A DNA stretch of 63,495 nt, the filler included, from Ministeria vibrans ATCC 50519 (Eukaryota; Protista; Filasterea): assembly GCA_943704425.1 (NCBI GenBank). It is 4 parts of 4 records of this genome, joined end to end, with 100 filler letters (N's around TTAATTAATTAA, not from the genome) between each part and the next. Parts side by side here need not be neighbours in the genome. Positions count along the whole stretch, not along the records: positions 1 to 23,138 come from CALSCP010002824.1; 3 more parts are not named here. The stretch is one strand, 5' to 3'. Every line of letters starts with the position of its first letter. Positions within the stretch are counted from its first letter, which is position 1. The notes beneath the pieces are model-generated. The model was not told where the DNA came from and ran no database searches. It was given only the letters and a program-made list of their open reading frames with translations. Of the stretch, positions 1 through 13,961 are shown piece by piece. A program made the position numbers and the translations under genes.

Positions 1-51
1 GTGTCTCTGAGCGTTGGCCCACCGGCACTTGAAGACGATTCTGAACTGTGA
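1..51 (+). CDS. 3' end of an upstream gene (partial)
   Basis: Frame 1 reads VSLSVGPPALEDDSEL-stop and is followed by AT-rich intergenic DNA. The C-terminal -SEL loosely resembles an ER-retention signal. Confidence 0.35.
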   Translation: MSLSVGPPALEDDSEL

Positions 52-324
52 ATTGTGTATAATTAGATTTTAAAGGAAAATGTAGCGAGGAGAGAAAGGG
101 AGTGAGAGAGGGAGGGAGTAAAAAAAAAGTTGAATTGCATTTTTAATACAGATTTTCGTCGTAAGGCAGAATAAGAAAGAAAGTAAAAAAAATCAATCAG
201 AAGGTATTCATTCTCAATAATATAATAATAATAATAATTATAATAATAGTAATAAATTAAATTACTATAATTATTACTTTCAATGTCTCTCTCTGACACT
301 CGCTCTGTCATTCACCCTCATAGT

Positions 325-2471
325 CTAAAAAGACGACTCAGGGCCCGCAATGGAGTCTGGGTTGACTGCAGCGGCAGCTGCGAGTGGAGGCACGTCTGGC
401 TGAAGGTCCGTGACGTCCATACTCTCGGGCTTGGGACGGCGGGGGCGCGAGGGTTTGCGCAGCTGTTTGTTGACAAATTCGGGGACGGCCGTTTCGCTGA
501 TGGAGGGTTGGTGTTGAGGTGCCTGGCGGAGCTTGATAGGGCCCTCTGCGGGAAGCGGTAGAGGCTGGGGGGCGTTGCGAACGTGTCCGCCCTTGGCAAG
601 GGTTGGAGTGGTGCGCACGGGTGGGGGTGGGGGCAGCTTCTTGGCGGAGGATGCGTTGGCGGGTGCCTCCTCGACGGCGAGGGGTGGAGGTGGAGGCAGG
701 TCGTCGGTGGGGAGCATGTCGGCGGGGGGCAGAGGAAGATCTGGGATGGGCGGGATGGAGTCGAGGCTGGGCAGTGGGATGCTGCCCAGGTCGGTGATGG
801 GAGGTGGGGGAAGTGAGTCAATGTCGGGCAAAGGAAGGGCTGCAGTGGCGTTGTCACTGGCGTTCGTCGAGTGGACTGCGGGTGGCGGAGGCGGTGCCTC
901 GGCCTCGACGACGACTGTTGCCACAGCCCGAGTGGGTGGCGTGGGTTTGACAAGCACAGCAGATAGTTTCACGGGTGGCGCTGACATAGTGGCTGTCTGA
1001 GGGCCAGATGGCTGTTGTGACGACGACGGTGGTGGCGGAGGGGGGATGAAGACAGCTTTTTTCTCTTTGGGTGCCGATGGCGGGGGTGCAATGGAGGGAG
1101 CGGCTGGCATCTCAGTGGCAACAACTGCTTCTGGCCGTGAGGTAGTAGTACTCGCAGAGGCTGCAACCAAGTGGGCAGGCGGGGGCATCGATGGGGGGTT
1201 GAAAGTGCGCCCGCCTCGCGCACCACCACCACCACGCGCACGACCACCTCCACCACCAGTCCACGACGGCAACTCACCAACCTCCTCCTCTTCCTCTCCC
1301 TTGTCTTCACAACCCGCCTCGTCCGTGGTGCCAGTACTCTCCGGCGCACCTTCGACCTTGGTCTTGGGCGGTACCAGTCCAAAGTCGGTACCGCGTCGCA
1401 CCATTTGTGCGACACGGTGCGCCGTCTCGGACGCAACCGGCACAATGGGTGTGGGAGCAACAGAATCGTGTTTCCCATCAACCAGACGCTTCTCAATCTC
1501 CTCATGCTCTTTCAACTCGTGCAACTCATTCCGCTTGTTGCGTCTCTCGCGTCTCCTCGCAGCGCCAGTTAGGACCTCCCCACCACCAGCAGCAGCACTC
1601 AACGCGTCCTCAGCACCCTTATTCTTGGCCAGCTGCGCCAACAGCATGGCCCCCGAGCCCCCTCCTGCCTTGGCCTGCACGCTCAATGCCCGTCGTCGCT
1701 CCTCTTCCATCAGCTTGCGTCGCTGCTTCTCATCGCGAATCCGCTCCAGCTCCTTACTAAACGTCTTTGTTGGGTTGATCACACTCTTGCGGAAGTTCTT
1801 GTTGGCCGCGCGTCGTTTCTCCGGAGCCACTACGTGGGGCAAAAGAGTGTTGTTGAGGATGTCATGAGATTGGGGAGTCAAAAAAAGAGAGAGCTTACAG
1901 CCAAAACCAACAGCAATGTTGATAATGTGACACCACATTAGCATCGTCTCCTTATCCGTTGTGCGACAGTTAAAGCGACGGTACGGTGTAATAATCTGAC
2001 GCAAAGAAACAAGAGTTAAGCAAAGTGATAGAGAGAGGTATGCAAGGTGATAGAGGATACAGCGTGATAAAGAGAGATGGAAGATGCAACGTGATAAAGA
2101 GAGATGCAACGTGATGAGGATACAACGTGATAGAGGATACAACGTGACAAAGAGAGAGATGCAACTTGATAGAGAGATACAAAGTGATAGAAAGTGGCGA
2201 AAGAAAGTAACAAAGTGAGAAGAAAAGAAGTAGACAAGAAGAATACCTCAAAGAACTGGTACTGGTTGGTGAATGAGTTTGATGGGGCGGGCATGGCACG
2301 CTCGACGTCACTGAGGCTGACGACGCCCTTGATGTAACTTCCTTGGTCATCGACAAAGTACGCAATCTGTTGCAGATACAGATTGATTTCAAACATGCGC
2401 CACTTCCACGACTTGTATCGACCGCCTTGCTTCCACAGCCACCCCCGACACGCAAATCGGCACAGCGACAT
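325..2471 (-). CDS. PH-domain protein with a coiled coil and a long proline-rich C-terminus (3 exons)
   Basis: PH motif CRGWLWKQGGRYKSWKWRMF...YF...IKGVVSL...W. GT-AG introns at about 2246-1996 and 1898-1830 join it to the 325..2142 ORF, which carries polyproline tracts. Confidence 0.75.
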
Positions 2472-2542
2472 GGTTGGCGGAACTACATTTGCATTTTCAA
2501 TCACTTGAGTCACCTCGAATCTTTCCCTTGTTTGTTCGTTTG

Positions 2543-2573
<31 letters not shown>

Positions 2574-2628
2574 GTATCTCATGCTCGTCTCACTGAAATC
2601 CGAACGGTCGCTCCTGTTTGATGCGCAG

Positions 2629-4093
2629 ACAATCTCTACCTGGACTTCAACGGGGTGATTCATCTGTGCACGCACGGCACGGCGGCCAATGAAGGCGCAA
2701 CCGAAGACGAGATGATCTCCACCATCTTTGCGTATCTGGAGCGCATCATTGCGTAAGTGAACATGGCCTGTGCGTGTGTGTGTGTGTGTGTGTGTGCTCA
2801 TGCCCAGTGCACCAATAGGATTGTGGCGCCCCAGAGCGTCCTCTTTATTGCTGTGGACGGTGTTGCGCCGCGCGCCAAGATGAACCAGCAGCGTCAGCGT
2901 CGTCTGCGCTCAGCGCTCGAGGCTCAGAAGGCTCAGTCGTTTGTGGCGCTTTCAGGTGGTCTCCTGGCCATGCCCAAGAAAGAGTAGGATGCCACCAGTG
3001 TTACTACGACGACTCATACGCAGTACGACGTCTAATTTTTTGAACTCTCTCTCTCTCTCTCTCCAGGGCGTCGCCGGTGTTTGACAGCAACTGCATTACG
3101 CCCGGAACGGACTTTATGGTGCGACTGAACGAGGCGCTGACGGCGTTTGTGGCGCAGAAAATGGACACAGACGTGGCATGGCGCGACCTCAATGTGATTG
3201 TGTCGGGTCACCAGACGCCGGGCGAGGGCGAGCACAAAATCATGGACTATGTGCGACGCGAGCGAGCCCAGCCTGGGTACAACCCCAACACGCGCCACTG
3301 CCTGTACGGTCTCGACGCTGATCTTATTATGCTGGCACTTGCAACGCACGAACCTCACTTTGCACTGTTGCGCGAGGCCATCAACTTCCGGATGAACCGC
3401 GACCGAGCTCTCAACTCGACCGTCGACGCACGTCCCGAGGTCATTCTGGGCCAGTGTGCCGACGACTTCCAACTGCTGCACATTGGGCTGCTGCGCGAAT
3501 ACCTCGATATGGACATGCGCTCGTCGATCGAGTACCGTCGCGATGACCCTGAGCTGCTGGCGTCCGCCGCACGTCTCGAGTTTGACCTTGAGCGTACCCT
3601 CAACGACTTTGTATTCCTCAGCTTTCTCATTGGCAACGACTTCCTGCCTATGCTGCCCACGACGGACATTGACGAAGGCGGCCTCCACAATGCCTTTACT
3701 ATCTACCGCACTGTGCGCGAGTCGTCCGGCGACTACCTCGTCGACACGACCGACAAGCGTGTCAACATTGCTTTTATGCACCGGCTCCTGTCGACGCTCG
3801 CCGACCAGGAAGAAGAGGTCGTGTGCAAGCAGCTGCGCATCCCCATGGCGTCCAAGGTGCTCAAGAAGGACGGATCGGAAGCAGAAGCAAAGGACACCAC
3901 AGAGGAGAAGGTGGCGGCGGGCGATGCCGACGAAGAGCTTCTCGACGAGGGCGACATTGACGCGATTGCGGCACTCGCCACCAAGAAGGTCAAGGCCCCC
4001 AAAAAGAGCGCCGCTCTCATGTTCACTCCCTCTTCGCTTGTGCCACCCAAGACACAAGACTTGCTTCTCAAAAATAACAAGAAGGCAGCAGCT

Positions 4094-4132
<39 letters not shown>

Positions 4133-6847
4133 GCCACCGCTACCACAGCACCGGTCGCAACAACCGCCGCTGCACCTGCAGCGGCAGCGGAAGAGAACAA
4201 GACGGTGTCGACGACAACGCAGGAGACGGCAGGAGAAGTGGAGGAAGTTGCCGCTGTGATCGACTACAAGACGGCGTACTACGAGAAGAAACGCATGTCG
4301 CACGATCCGCGCGAGGTGTGCGCTGCCTACACGGCCGGACTCCAGTGGGTGTTTGAGTACTACTTTTTTGGACTGCCTTCGTGGAGCTGGTACTTTCCGT
4401 TTCATTTTGCACCCCTGCCGTCGGACCTGCGTGACGCCTTTGCCGACTGTTATCGCGCACTGCCGCAGTGGGCGCCCTCGGAGCCTCTCAAGCCTTTTCA
4501 GCAGCTGCTTGCCGTGCTGCCCGCAGCCAGCTCGGCGCTGCTGCCGACCCCTCTGGCTGCACTCATGACTGAAGCAACGTCACCTTTGGCTGCTGGCTAC
4601 TCGCTCGAGTACGAGACGGTGCCTGACCATCGTGGGCGTGAGTGGAAGGACGTTGCACTCATTCCTTTCTTTGACATTGCTCAACTCGTCTCCGTCTATG
4701 ACAAGACGGTCGCGAGCCATCCACTGAGCGACGCGCACGCGCATCTCAACCAATCGCAGAGTGCCCGGCTCTTCCAACGCGATCCGTCGGGCGCCACACA
4801 CGAGTTTGCCACGCCGCGCGACTCCAACCTGTTTGCAGCCTATGGCGCGACGATTGTCTCGCACTGCATTGCCTGCGACCTCGCCAACTCGACGTACGAC
4901 GCGCCCCGACCCGACTATGTGCACGAACTGCTGCCCGACTGCTGGACGGGTCTGGTGCCACCGCCGCCCGCCTTCCCCACAACCAAGTCGATTGCGGCCC
5001 AGCCCGAAATGAGCGAAGAGGGCACTATTCGCATTTTTCATCGACGACCCAGTCGCAATACGTCGCTGTTGCTCTCCATGACGGGCACAGAGGAGGAGAC
5101 GCGCAAGGCTGCGATCGCTGCTCTCACCCGTGACCAGTCAGCCGGCGACAAGGTGCTTGAACGCGACATTCGCGGCGCCATACTGGGCATTAACCAGGCC
5201 AAGGGGGCGCAAGTGGCGCACGCACTGCTTGGCGGCACCTGCGTGAGCGACTACCCCTTTCACTGCGAGTCGAGTGTCGTCGCGGTGCATCTCGAGCAGA
5301 GCGTCTGGCGCATCAACCGCGGTGGACAGGTGACCAAGGCACCGCGCGACGTGGACGAGTGGACGCGCATTTCGCGCGTGGTCACGGAACGTGCCTTGCA
5401 CCAGCACGGCATACGCATTGACCCACCCCACGTCATTGTCGAAGTACGCCCTATCATGGGTCTGTGCGCCTTTCCGAACGGTGGCACTGAGCAGGTGTTT
5501 GAGCAGGAGAGCACGTACTGTGCGGCGCAGCTGCTGACGCTACAGGCGCCCCGCCCTATCCCGCAGTTGCTGGCGCGCGAGCCGCCGGCGTTGGCCAAGC
5601 GATTGCCGATCAACTCGGTTGCCGTGTACCTGGGCGACGACCAGTATGGTGTGCGCGCGACCATTCGCTCGTTCAATGCGTCGCGTGGCACCTTTGGTGT
5701 GACACTGCATGTGCCGGCGAACGTGACGTCGACCAGCTCGACGATGATGCAATACTCGCGCGGTGACTTCCAATCGGCGCAGAGCGCCGCGTCAACGCTC
5801 TCGATGAACCCCCTGGCCATGTCGCGTCTGTTTAGTGCGGTGACGGTGCGTCTGCCGTCGGACGAGCCTGAAGGCGCCGACATTATTGTCGAAGTGGGAC
5901 TGCAGCTCAAGTACTCGCGACGCCAACTGTACGTACCCGGCTATTGCCGTCGTGTGTCTACGCGCAACATGCACGGCGAGGCGCGCACCACATGGGAGTA
6001 CAGCAACGACGCGCTGCTTATGTTGCAGCAGCTGCGCACTGCCTTCCCCGACTTTATCCGCGCCATCGAAGCGAGCCCCGACACCGACACGTACGACTAC
6101 ACCGCTTTGTTGGCGCCTGTGGTTGCCGCCGAGTCAACGGAAGGCGAATCGGCCGCCACTGATGCTGATGCGGCTGCTGTCGTGCCGGAAGACGAGGCGG
6201 AGACAGCCACGGCCGAAATGCAAAAGGCGGCTCGTGTGCGTGTCGAGGAGATTCTTGCCTTTTTGCGCAACCTTCCGTCGGCACGTCTGCCGCTGGTGCC
6301 GTGCGATGCCAAGGCGTTGGGTGCGACGACCGTGCACGATTTGGAGGAGCAGGCAAAGGAGCGTGTCGCGTGTGGCGTGACAAGCATTGAGCGAGTGGGT
6401 GTGCTGCCCAACGAGCTGCTGGCGCCTGTGTCGGTGCCATTGTCGGCAGGCGCCGGTCAGACACGTCAGTCGGTGCGTCTGGGCTCGCGTGTGCTCAACG
6501 CATGTGCGACGGGACCTGTTGTCTTTGGCGAGCGTGGTGTGGTGGTGGCGATGCGCGGAAATGTCGCGGAGGTGCTGTGGGACACGCCGCTGCTTGGAGG
6601 GCACAACCTGCTGGGCCGCTGTCGGACGATCCGCGCGTCGACGACGCCAGTGTCGCATCTGCTCAGTCTGGACACGCCTGAGTTTGCCGTGGCGATCCCT
6701 CGCAACCGCCGGACAGGTGTGGAGGGTGCGAGTGGCAGCGACGACGGCGCCGCGTCCAACAAGAAGAAGAAGAAGGGCAAGGCGAAGGGCGGAGACAAGA
6801 AGAAGTCTGTGAACATGTTTGAGCTGTTGGGCGATGGTGACGAGTAG
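2629..6847 (+). CDS. XRN1: 5'-3' exoribonuclease 1 (first exon not found)
   Basis: Motifs DNLYLDFNGVIH, AVDGVAPRAKMNQQRQRR, FDSNCITPGTDFM, GEGEHKIMDY, HCLYGLDADLIMLAL, GNDFLP and PFQQLLAVLP. The long C-terminal region is typical of XRN1 rather than XRN2. Confidence 0.92.
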
Positions 6848-7113
6848 TGAAACGAAAAAGGAAAGAGAGAGAGGGGGCGAGTGGCGAATGCGAAAGCCAA
6901 AGAGAGGATAGTAGTAATACAGTTTTTTTTTGCATTATTATTATTACTCCTCGTAATCAAGAGTATTAGTATTATAATAATAATATAAATAATTATTATT
7001 AATAATAATAATAATAATTAATATTATTCTTATTATTAAAATTAATAATAATAATAAATAATAATTATTATTATTATTAATTTATTATAATATTTTTTTA
7101 TTCATAATACACA

Positions 7114-10100
7114 TTAATGTTCTTCAACGGCTTCGCTTTCGCGTTGAGCGCAAGCAAGGGCCCTTTCTGCGTCGATGGAGACAACAAGACGGCCAATGGA
7201 CTGACCAGAGGTGTCGAGAACGGGCAAGGGTACAGCGTTGAGACGGCCCTGGTGAGCACAGAGGTCGACTTGAGCAGAGCCGATCTCGCGACACTCGCCA
7301 TCGCCTTCGTCGTCGGGTTCACTGACAACGGAGAAGGTGACGGTACCACTGCCCTGCTCGCGCTCGCGAGCCATGTCACACAGAGCCGTCCACTGCCGCG
7401 GAGCAGTGGCCGGCTCGCACGCAATGGTGTGCTCAAAAGCGAAGGGGAGGATGAGCGAGTCGCGCGCAACGGGAAGGGCAGCCGTCTCAAGGAGATCCGG
7501 TGCGACGCCGAGGAGCTGGAAATCGACAAAGAGACGCTTCACTTGGGGGTCTGAGAGGAACGAGGCGTACGGCGCGACGGAGAGGGAGTCAATCGAGAGG
7601 GTCACACTCAGATCTCGAGTGATCGATTGTGTTTCCTTTGGCGGAGGCAGGGTAACTGTGAGGTCGAGGTCGAGGTCGAGGTCAGAATTGTCGGCCGAGG
7701 ATGAGGTCGTCGATTGCGATGGAGGAAGAGAGGGCGATCTTGCACCAGCAGAGTTTGAAGGCTGTGTAACGGTCAGTGGTTTGGAGTTTGTCGAGGGAGG
7801 TACCGGTGCTGCCTTGGCGACAGGTTGTTGCTGTTGTGCTTGAATGTGTTGCCAGTGGAGGGAGACGTCGAGGAGCGCAACAAGTTTGTCGTTGTCGGTG
7901 AGCACATCAAACTGGCCGCGCACATCTCCACGCGAGTAGAGTGGACTAAGTGGGATAGTGGCGACGCCAATGAGAAGATTTGACGCTTGCAATTGGTCGT
8001 CGCGATTGGTGTGATCCTTGTCGACGGCGGTGTCGGTGTTGGTGTCGGTGTCGGTGTCGTTGAAAAGGTATACTTGGAGTGCGCCGGAGCGAAGCCAGGT
8101 GTCGCAGGCGCGGGTGCGCACGAGAGAGAAGGACTTGCGGTCATGGAGGACGGCGGAGACGCGTGCCACCGCAGTGACGGTGTGGGTGGCATGGTCGTCG
8201 TGACCAAGCACTCGGTATATGGCGTAGACGCGCTGGGCATGTGTGGACTGGCCTAGCAGGTCAACGTTGTTGATGGCAATGGAAAGGGTGTCGGTTGTGC
8301 TTGCGTCCGAGAGCGCCAACTCGAGTTCGTTGACGTTACTGTCGGGGTTGACAGAAGAGTCGTCGTGGGTGCGGCGCTCGTTGAAGAGGACGAGTGCCTG
8401 GCCAAGAGGCAGACGCAAGCGGAGGGAGTAGTCGAGCTGACCGAGCATCTGAGCAGCGTCGGACGGATGGGTGAGTACAGCAGTGTAGTCGAGGCGGACG
8501 GCGGCGGGGCGCACGAGAAGCTCAGCAAGGGACACGAGGGCAACGGCAATGCACTCGTGAGCGGCGCCGACGGCCGCGTGCACCTCGATGCGCATGCGGG
8601 CATGCTGAAGATATCTTAGGAAGAAATCGTCGACCGGATCGATCACAAACTCACTGGCAAAGTTGATGGGGACCTGCAAAGAGTCGCGTGTGTCAAATGC
8701 AACGACAGGCGACGTCTGTGTCTCAAAGGCAAAGAAGTCAAAAACGACAAAGAGCGAGCGCACGTCGGATGCGGGAGAGACGTCAAAGCGCACGCACGAA
8801 AGTCGCACATCGACAACGTTGGCACCCCCAGGAATGGGTGGTGTCTCCGTGTGTACTTGTTCAGGTGCAGTGCGCGAGACGGAGCGTGGACCATAGGCGA
8901 CGCTGCGCAGCTGCTGCTCAAGGCGACGGGCACGAGTGCCGCGCATGTCAAGCAGACGGGCCATTTCGGCAAGACGGCGATCGCATTCGGCGGTGGCGGT
9001 GGCGGTGCGCTCGCTGGCAAGACGCGCCTCCTCCTTGCAGCGGGTGGCAATGGACTGTTGGAGTTTGAGCAGACGCTGGGACTGTTCGAGTTCCTGTGCG
9101 GTCTCGGCAAGTTGTGCGCGCAGTAGAGTAACCGTCGAGGAGTCGGCTCGCTGAGTATGAAACGCGGTGGTGGGCTCGAGGAAGTCAAGATGGTGCAAGA
9201 CAGAGCGGACGGGAGCGTCAGGGGCACTCGTACGAATGGCAGAGTTAGGTTGCTCATGATCATGATCATCATGGGTGCTCTCATGTGTGATGTGGCGGTC
9301 AAGTTGACGTTGAAGCGTGCGTTCGCGGTCACGTGCGTCGCTGAGTTCGCGGGTGGTGCGTGCGACGGTGCGACGCGCACTGTCGAGCTGTTCAAGGGTG
9401 CGCTGCCGTTCGTTGAGTTCTGATTTGAGTGCTGTCTCGAGACGCGCCACCTGTGCCTGGAGTGATTCGTGCTGGCGTTCGCTTGCCATTGCGCTGTCTA
9501 CTGCGTGTGCAGGATCGAGGAGTGCCGCCTGTGCCAGTCGTTCGTTTTCTTGCAGCAACAGTCGTTTTTCTTCGTCTGCGTCGCGCACGCGTTCTTCGAG
9601 CTGTGTCACGCGGGAGCGGTCGCGTTCACTGGCGCGCGCCGTGCGTTCAAGTTTGGCGGCGCGCTCGCGTTCCCTGCGTGCCTCATCGTGCACACGTTCG
9701 AGGGATTCGAGGGTTGTCTCGTGCTGTACGCGCATGTCGTCAAGTTCGCGTTCGGTGGCGCGCAGTCGACGCTCGAAGGCCGTTGCGGCGACGTTTCGGT
9801 CGCGCAGTTGTCTCTGGAGGCGGATTACTTCGATGTCGTCGGTGACATTCAAGGCAGCAGTACTGGGCGGCGGCGGAGCAGCGGCGCGTTGTTTGAGTTG
9901 CGCGCGCAGGTGCTTGATTTGTTCGTTTTGCTGTTGCAGTTGAAGGTGCTGCGTCGACAATTGTTGCGTGAGCGTGGCGTTGCGTGTCTCGGCTTCGTTG
10001 AGTTGGCGCAGCGTGTCGTCATACTTGGCTTGTGCAAAGTCCGCTTGTTGTTTTGCAAGGTGCAGCTGACTGTGTAGCTCGCGCGTCTGCGTCTCGTGAC

Positions 10101-10736
10101 GATGAATGAGGTGAGTGGCGTTCATGTGCCCATCAACATCGTCGAACTGGTCGCGATGGGGTTCGACATGAGGCTGGGGTTGAGGCCGATCATGAGGATG
10201 CTGAGATTGAGATCGAGGCTGGGCGTTGGGTTGGGGTTGTGCTATCGACAGTGGTGGCGCCCGTGAGCTCAAGTGCGGTTTGTAGGAGGAGCGTCGTCCG
10301 GACGACTGTGCCAACTCCTGGTCACGCAGCGCAATTTTGCGCTTCAGCTTGACAATGGTGAGGTCCCGGTCGCGTAGAGCTGCTTCGAGGTCTTCAATAC
10401 GACTGGCCGCCTGTGCACATGAGCGAATGTGAGCGAGGGTGTTTTTGAAAAAAAAAAAAAAATCCCTGTGTTTTTGTACGTGTTCGTCTTTTTGGCGATA
10501 AATAGAGGCAAGAGCGGTTCGAGAGGTGGCGGAGGGGGCTTGATCGCGAGCGGTTTTCAGGTCTGAAGTCAATTTGAGAAGTTTTGTCGACATTCTACGA
10601 GGAGGGGAGTGGGAGGTTGAGTGACGCTGATTGATTTGAATTTGCACCTTTTTGCTTGTTCCTCATGGTCGCGCAATTGGCGTTTGAGTGTTAAGTTTTC
10701 ACTTTTGAGGCTGTCATAGTTGTGAACATTGTCCAT
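7114..10736 (-). CDS. RPGRIP1L: RPGRIP1L/fantom-like ciliary transition-zone protein (coiled coil plus C2 domains)
   Basis: N-terminal LKSENLTLKRQL...MSTKLLKL exons, a long coiled coil, the C2 motif FDFFAFETQTSPVV...VDDFFLRYL and the C-terminal FSVVSEP...ECREIG. Confidence 0.85.
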
Positions 10737-10879
10737 TGTGAAAAGAAAATTAAAAAAATGAAGAACAATTAGTTTTAAAATGTATTCCATATTCAAAAAA
10801 ATATATAATTCTTGATCAATTGACATTCTCACCACACTGAACGCACACACATTTTTGTTTCGTTTCTCACTTCTCCACG

Positions 10880-11131
10880 ATGGCCTTGCCACCTAGTAAG
10901 ACATTCAAGGCAGTTCCGCCGATAAAAGGGAGCTTTCCGCTTGACCATGAAGGTGAGGGGTTGAGACACAAAGCGCGTCTGATGGATTGCGTGCCACGGT
11001 CGTTTGGTGCAGGCGACTGCCATCCGAAGATGCTGGAGTACATGAAGTGCTTGAAGAGCAGTGGAGGAGAGAACAGCCAGTGCCAGGATGCGTCGCGCGC
11101 GTACCTTGAATGTCGCATGAACAAGTAGGAC

Positions 11132-11208
<77 letters not shown>

Positions 11209-11407
11209 GTCTTACGTATGCGTCTTACGTACGTACCGTGTGTGTATGTGTGTATGTGTATGTATGTGTGTGTCTTTGTATGTGTCATATAGCTTGTTTC
11301 GCGAGAGGTAACCCTTCTTGATTCTGTCTTCGAGTAGTAATCTGATGGCACCTGAAGACATGCGACGACTTGGATTTGATGACGACGAGAGAGGCGCCTC
11401 TAAGTGA
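10880..11407 (+). CDS. COX19: Cytochrome c oxidase assembly factor COX19 (twin Cx9C, 3 exons)
   Basis: PPIKGSFPLDHE|GDC...YMKCL...CQDASRAYLECRM..LMAPEDMRRLGF. Confidence 0.9.
11133..11202. repeat. (GT)n intronic microsatellite
   Basis: Direct inspection. It lies in a COX19 intron. Confidence 0.95.
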
Positions 11408-12206
11408 ACAGTCGACAGCCACGAGCAACAGTAATTTACANNNNNNTATGGACTTTGCAGTGCGCAGTCGTCTGCACAGTCTGCGTTTAGACAGTAGAGC
11501 TTGCTAAGCTCAGGCCCCAGTGGCTGCACACTGCCACACCTCTGCCAGTTCATTCTTTGTTCCGCGACTGGTGACTACTTGGACAATCGTCTGAACGCAC
11601 TTCGCACTATTGACTCGTCACACACTCACACTTAGAAGTTAGATCAGTCATCACTCATCACACTTTTTTTATTATTATTCACTGATCCCTTCAATGTTCC
11701 GTGTTGCTTCTCAACTCCCTCGCATGGCTGGTATGTGCGAATGAGCGACATATTGTTTCGGGCGGTTTCTTTTTGGCCTTTTTTGTGTTGGAGGGTTTGT
11801 AGCTGTGAGCGCCTCATGGCTTAGCTTGCTCCTGCAGTGACGATGTCTACCCTAGTAGCCGCTGTACGCCTATTGCTTGTTTTGACTGGCTTGTTCGCGA
11901 AAAAAATAAACAAAAAAAAGTGCGTTGACATCGCGACGGATTACGGCACACACGTCCCCTTATGCGGCGATCTACACGCATGTGGTGCACGCTGTGTATT
12001 GTGCGCATTGCATTCCGGGGGATGCAGTGGTGCGGACTCTGCGGAAGAGCGAGAGAGAGACAGAGAGACCGAGAAGAAAGAGACGACAGAAAAAGAAAGA
12101 AAAAAAATCCTAATCAGTGCGCAATATGGGTATGAGTGTCGACGGATTGTGTGTAGCTGGGTGCAGCGAGCCGTGTCTGCTACAAAAGTTCAGATGGTTT
12201 GAACTA

Positions 12207-12241
<35 letters not shown>

Positions 12242-12292
12242 TTCTGTGTTTTGTGTTTGTGTGTAGCGCGCGCTTCAGTGCGCCGTCCGGCC

Positions 12293-13328
12293 ATGATGGC
12301 GGTCGCCTGTATGGCGACGCGCGCCAGTGCCAAGCAGACTGTGTTTTCCAAGCTGTCGGGCAACCGGAAGGCGATCGTTGGCGGTCTGATCGCGTCGGGT
12401 CTTGGCGTCGCGGCACTCAATGTTGCCGTTGTTGCGGACACGCCCAAGGTGAACTACGAGGGCGTGCGCGCAAGCATTGCGGCGATCATTGACGACACGC
12501 CGTCGCACGGACCGCTCTTTGTGCGTCTGGCGTGGCACGCGAGCGGCACCTACTCGCAGCACGGGCACAATGGCGGCAGCAACGGAGCCACTATGCGCTT
12601 TTGCCACGAAGCTCAGGCTGGCGCCAACGCCGGACTGGGACTGGCGCGCGACCTGCTGGAGCCCATCAAGAAGGCGAACCCTGGCCTGAGCTACGCCGAC
12701 CTGTGGACGCTGGCCGGTGCCGTTGCCATTGAGCACATGGGAGGCCCGGTGATTGCGTGGCGTGCGGGTCGCTCGGACGCCAAGGACCCCAGTGCCTGCC
12801 CACCCACCAACCGCCTTCCCGATGCCCAGATGAACAACAACTGCCCCATGGCGACTGCTTCCCACGTTCGTGATGTTTTTGGCCGGTAAGAGTGAAGGGG
12901 TCGTCAAACGTAAAGCATTGACCGTTTTTGTTTTTGTTTTTAGTATGGGATTCAATGATCAAGAGATGGTTGCGCTGATTGGAGCGCATGCAGTGGGCCA
13001 GTGCCACACAGACCGCTCAGGCTACTCTGGACCATGGACGTTCTCGCCCGAGACATTCAGCAACGACTTCTTTGTGCGTCTGTTTGAGGAGGACTGGAAG
13101 GTGAAGAAGTGGTCAGGTCCGCTGCAGTACGAAGACAAGTCTGGCGAGCTGATGATGCTCCCGGCGGACATGGTCCTCAAGACCGACCCGGCTTTCCGCG
13201 TTCACGCCGAGCAGTACGCCAAGGACGAGAAGAAGTTCTTTGGGGACTTTGCCGTTGCGTTTGCGCGTCTGCTTGAGCTGGGTGTGCCCGGCCTGCACTC
13301 GACCAAGCCCTGGTACCAGTTCTGGTGA
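12293..13328 (+). CDS. CCP1: Cytochrome c peroxidase (class I heme peroxidase), probably mitochondrial
   Basis: [38 protein letters not shown] and GYSGPWT, with an N-terminal targeting-like leader. One intron at about 12886-12943. Confidence 0.88.
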
Positions 13329-13393
13329 TTGCGCTTTTTTTTTTGTTACTTTGTTTCTATGCGTTTTCTCTCTCTATCACTTTTTTCTTTCTC

Positions 13394-13432
<39 letters not shown>

Positions 13433-13528
13433 GTGTGTAGCCATGCAAAGACAGCAATCGAGTTCAAAAAACAAAACTATTTAACTATCAACTGTTTTTG
13501 AATGGTACAACACAAAACGAGTGAAAAC

Positions 13529-13921
13529 TCAGTAGACGAACGGAAGTATGCGGTACGGCACGAGCGCGCAATACGCATCCCACTTTGCGCCATACTAGAC
13601 GTAGTGGACAGAAAAAGAGAGAGAGAGAGGAGTTGGGTTGAGAACGTGAGAAGCAATTAGTGAAAACCTTCCGGCGGCACATTTCGTCGTCTGCACGTTC
13701 GCGGGGCAGCATGAGGGCAACGTAGTAGAGCGGGTAGAGCCAGGGCAGTAGAGAGTGGGTACCGGCAAAGAGAGCCAGTCCCACGGCCATGGTGATCTCA
13801 CCAAGGTAGTTGATGTGGCGTGAGACTAAGGGTGAGTGTGTGAGATGGAATAGTGAATGAATGAGCGAGTGCGTCGTGGTTGTTTGTATGTGTGTGTTGA
13901 ATGTGCGCGCGCGTGTTTGTG

Positions 13922-13961
<40 letters not shown>

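Noticed and set aside
3-32. VSERWP as the missing XRN1 first exon (similar to WISERYP)
   Set aside because: The preceding codon cannot be Trp, a stop follows with no good donor site, and another frame gives a more natural gene end.
533-1867. Long overlapping ORFs antisense to GC-rich genes (here and throughout, e.g. 3032..4405 and 44232..46337)
   Set aside because: They are shadow or alternative-frame ORFs caused by GC-rich codon bias and microsatellites, with no recognisable motifs.
11447-12200. Possible gene between COX19 and the peroxidase
   Set aside because: There are only short ORFs without motifs, next to an N gap, so no call is supportable.
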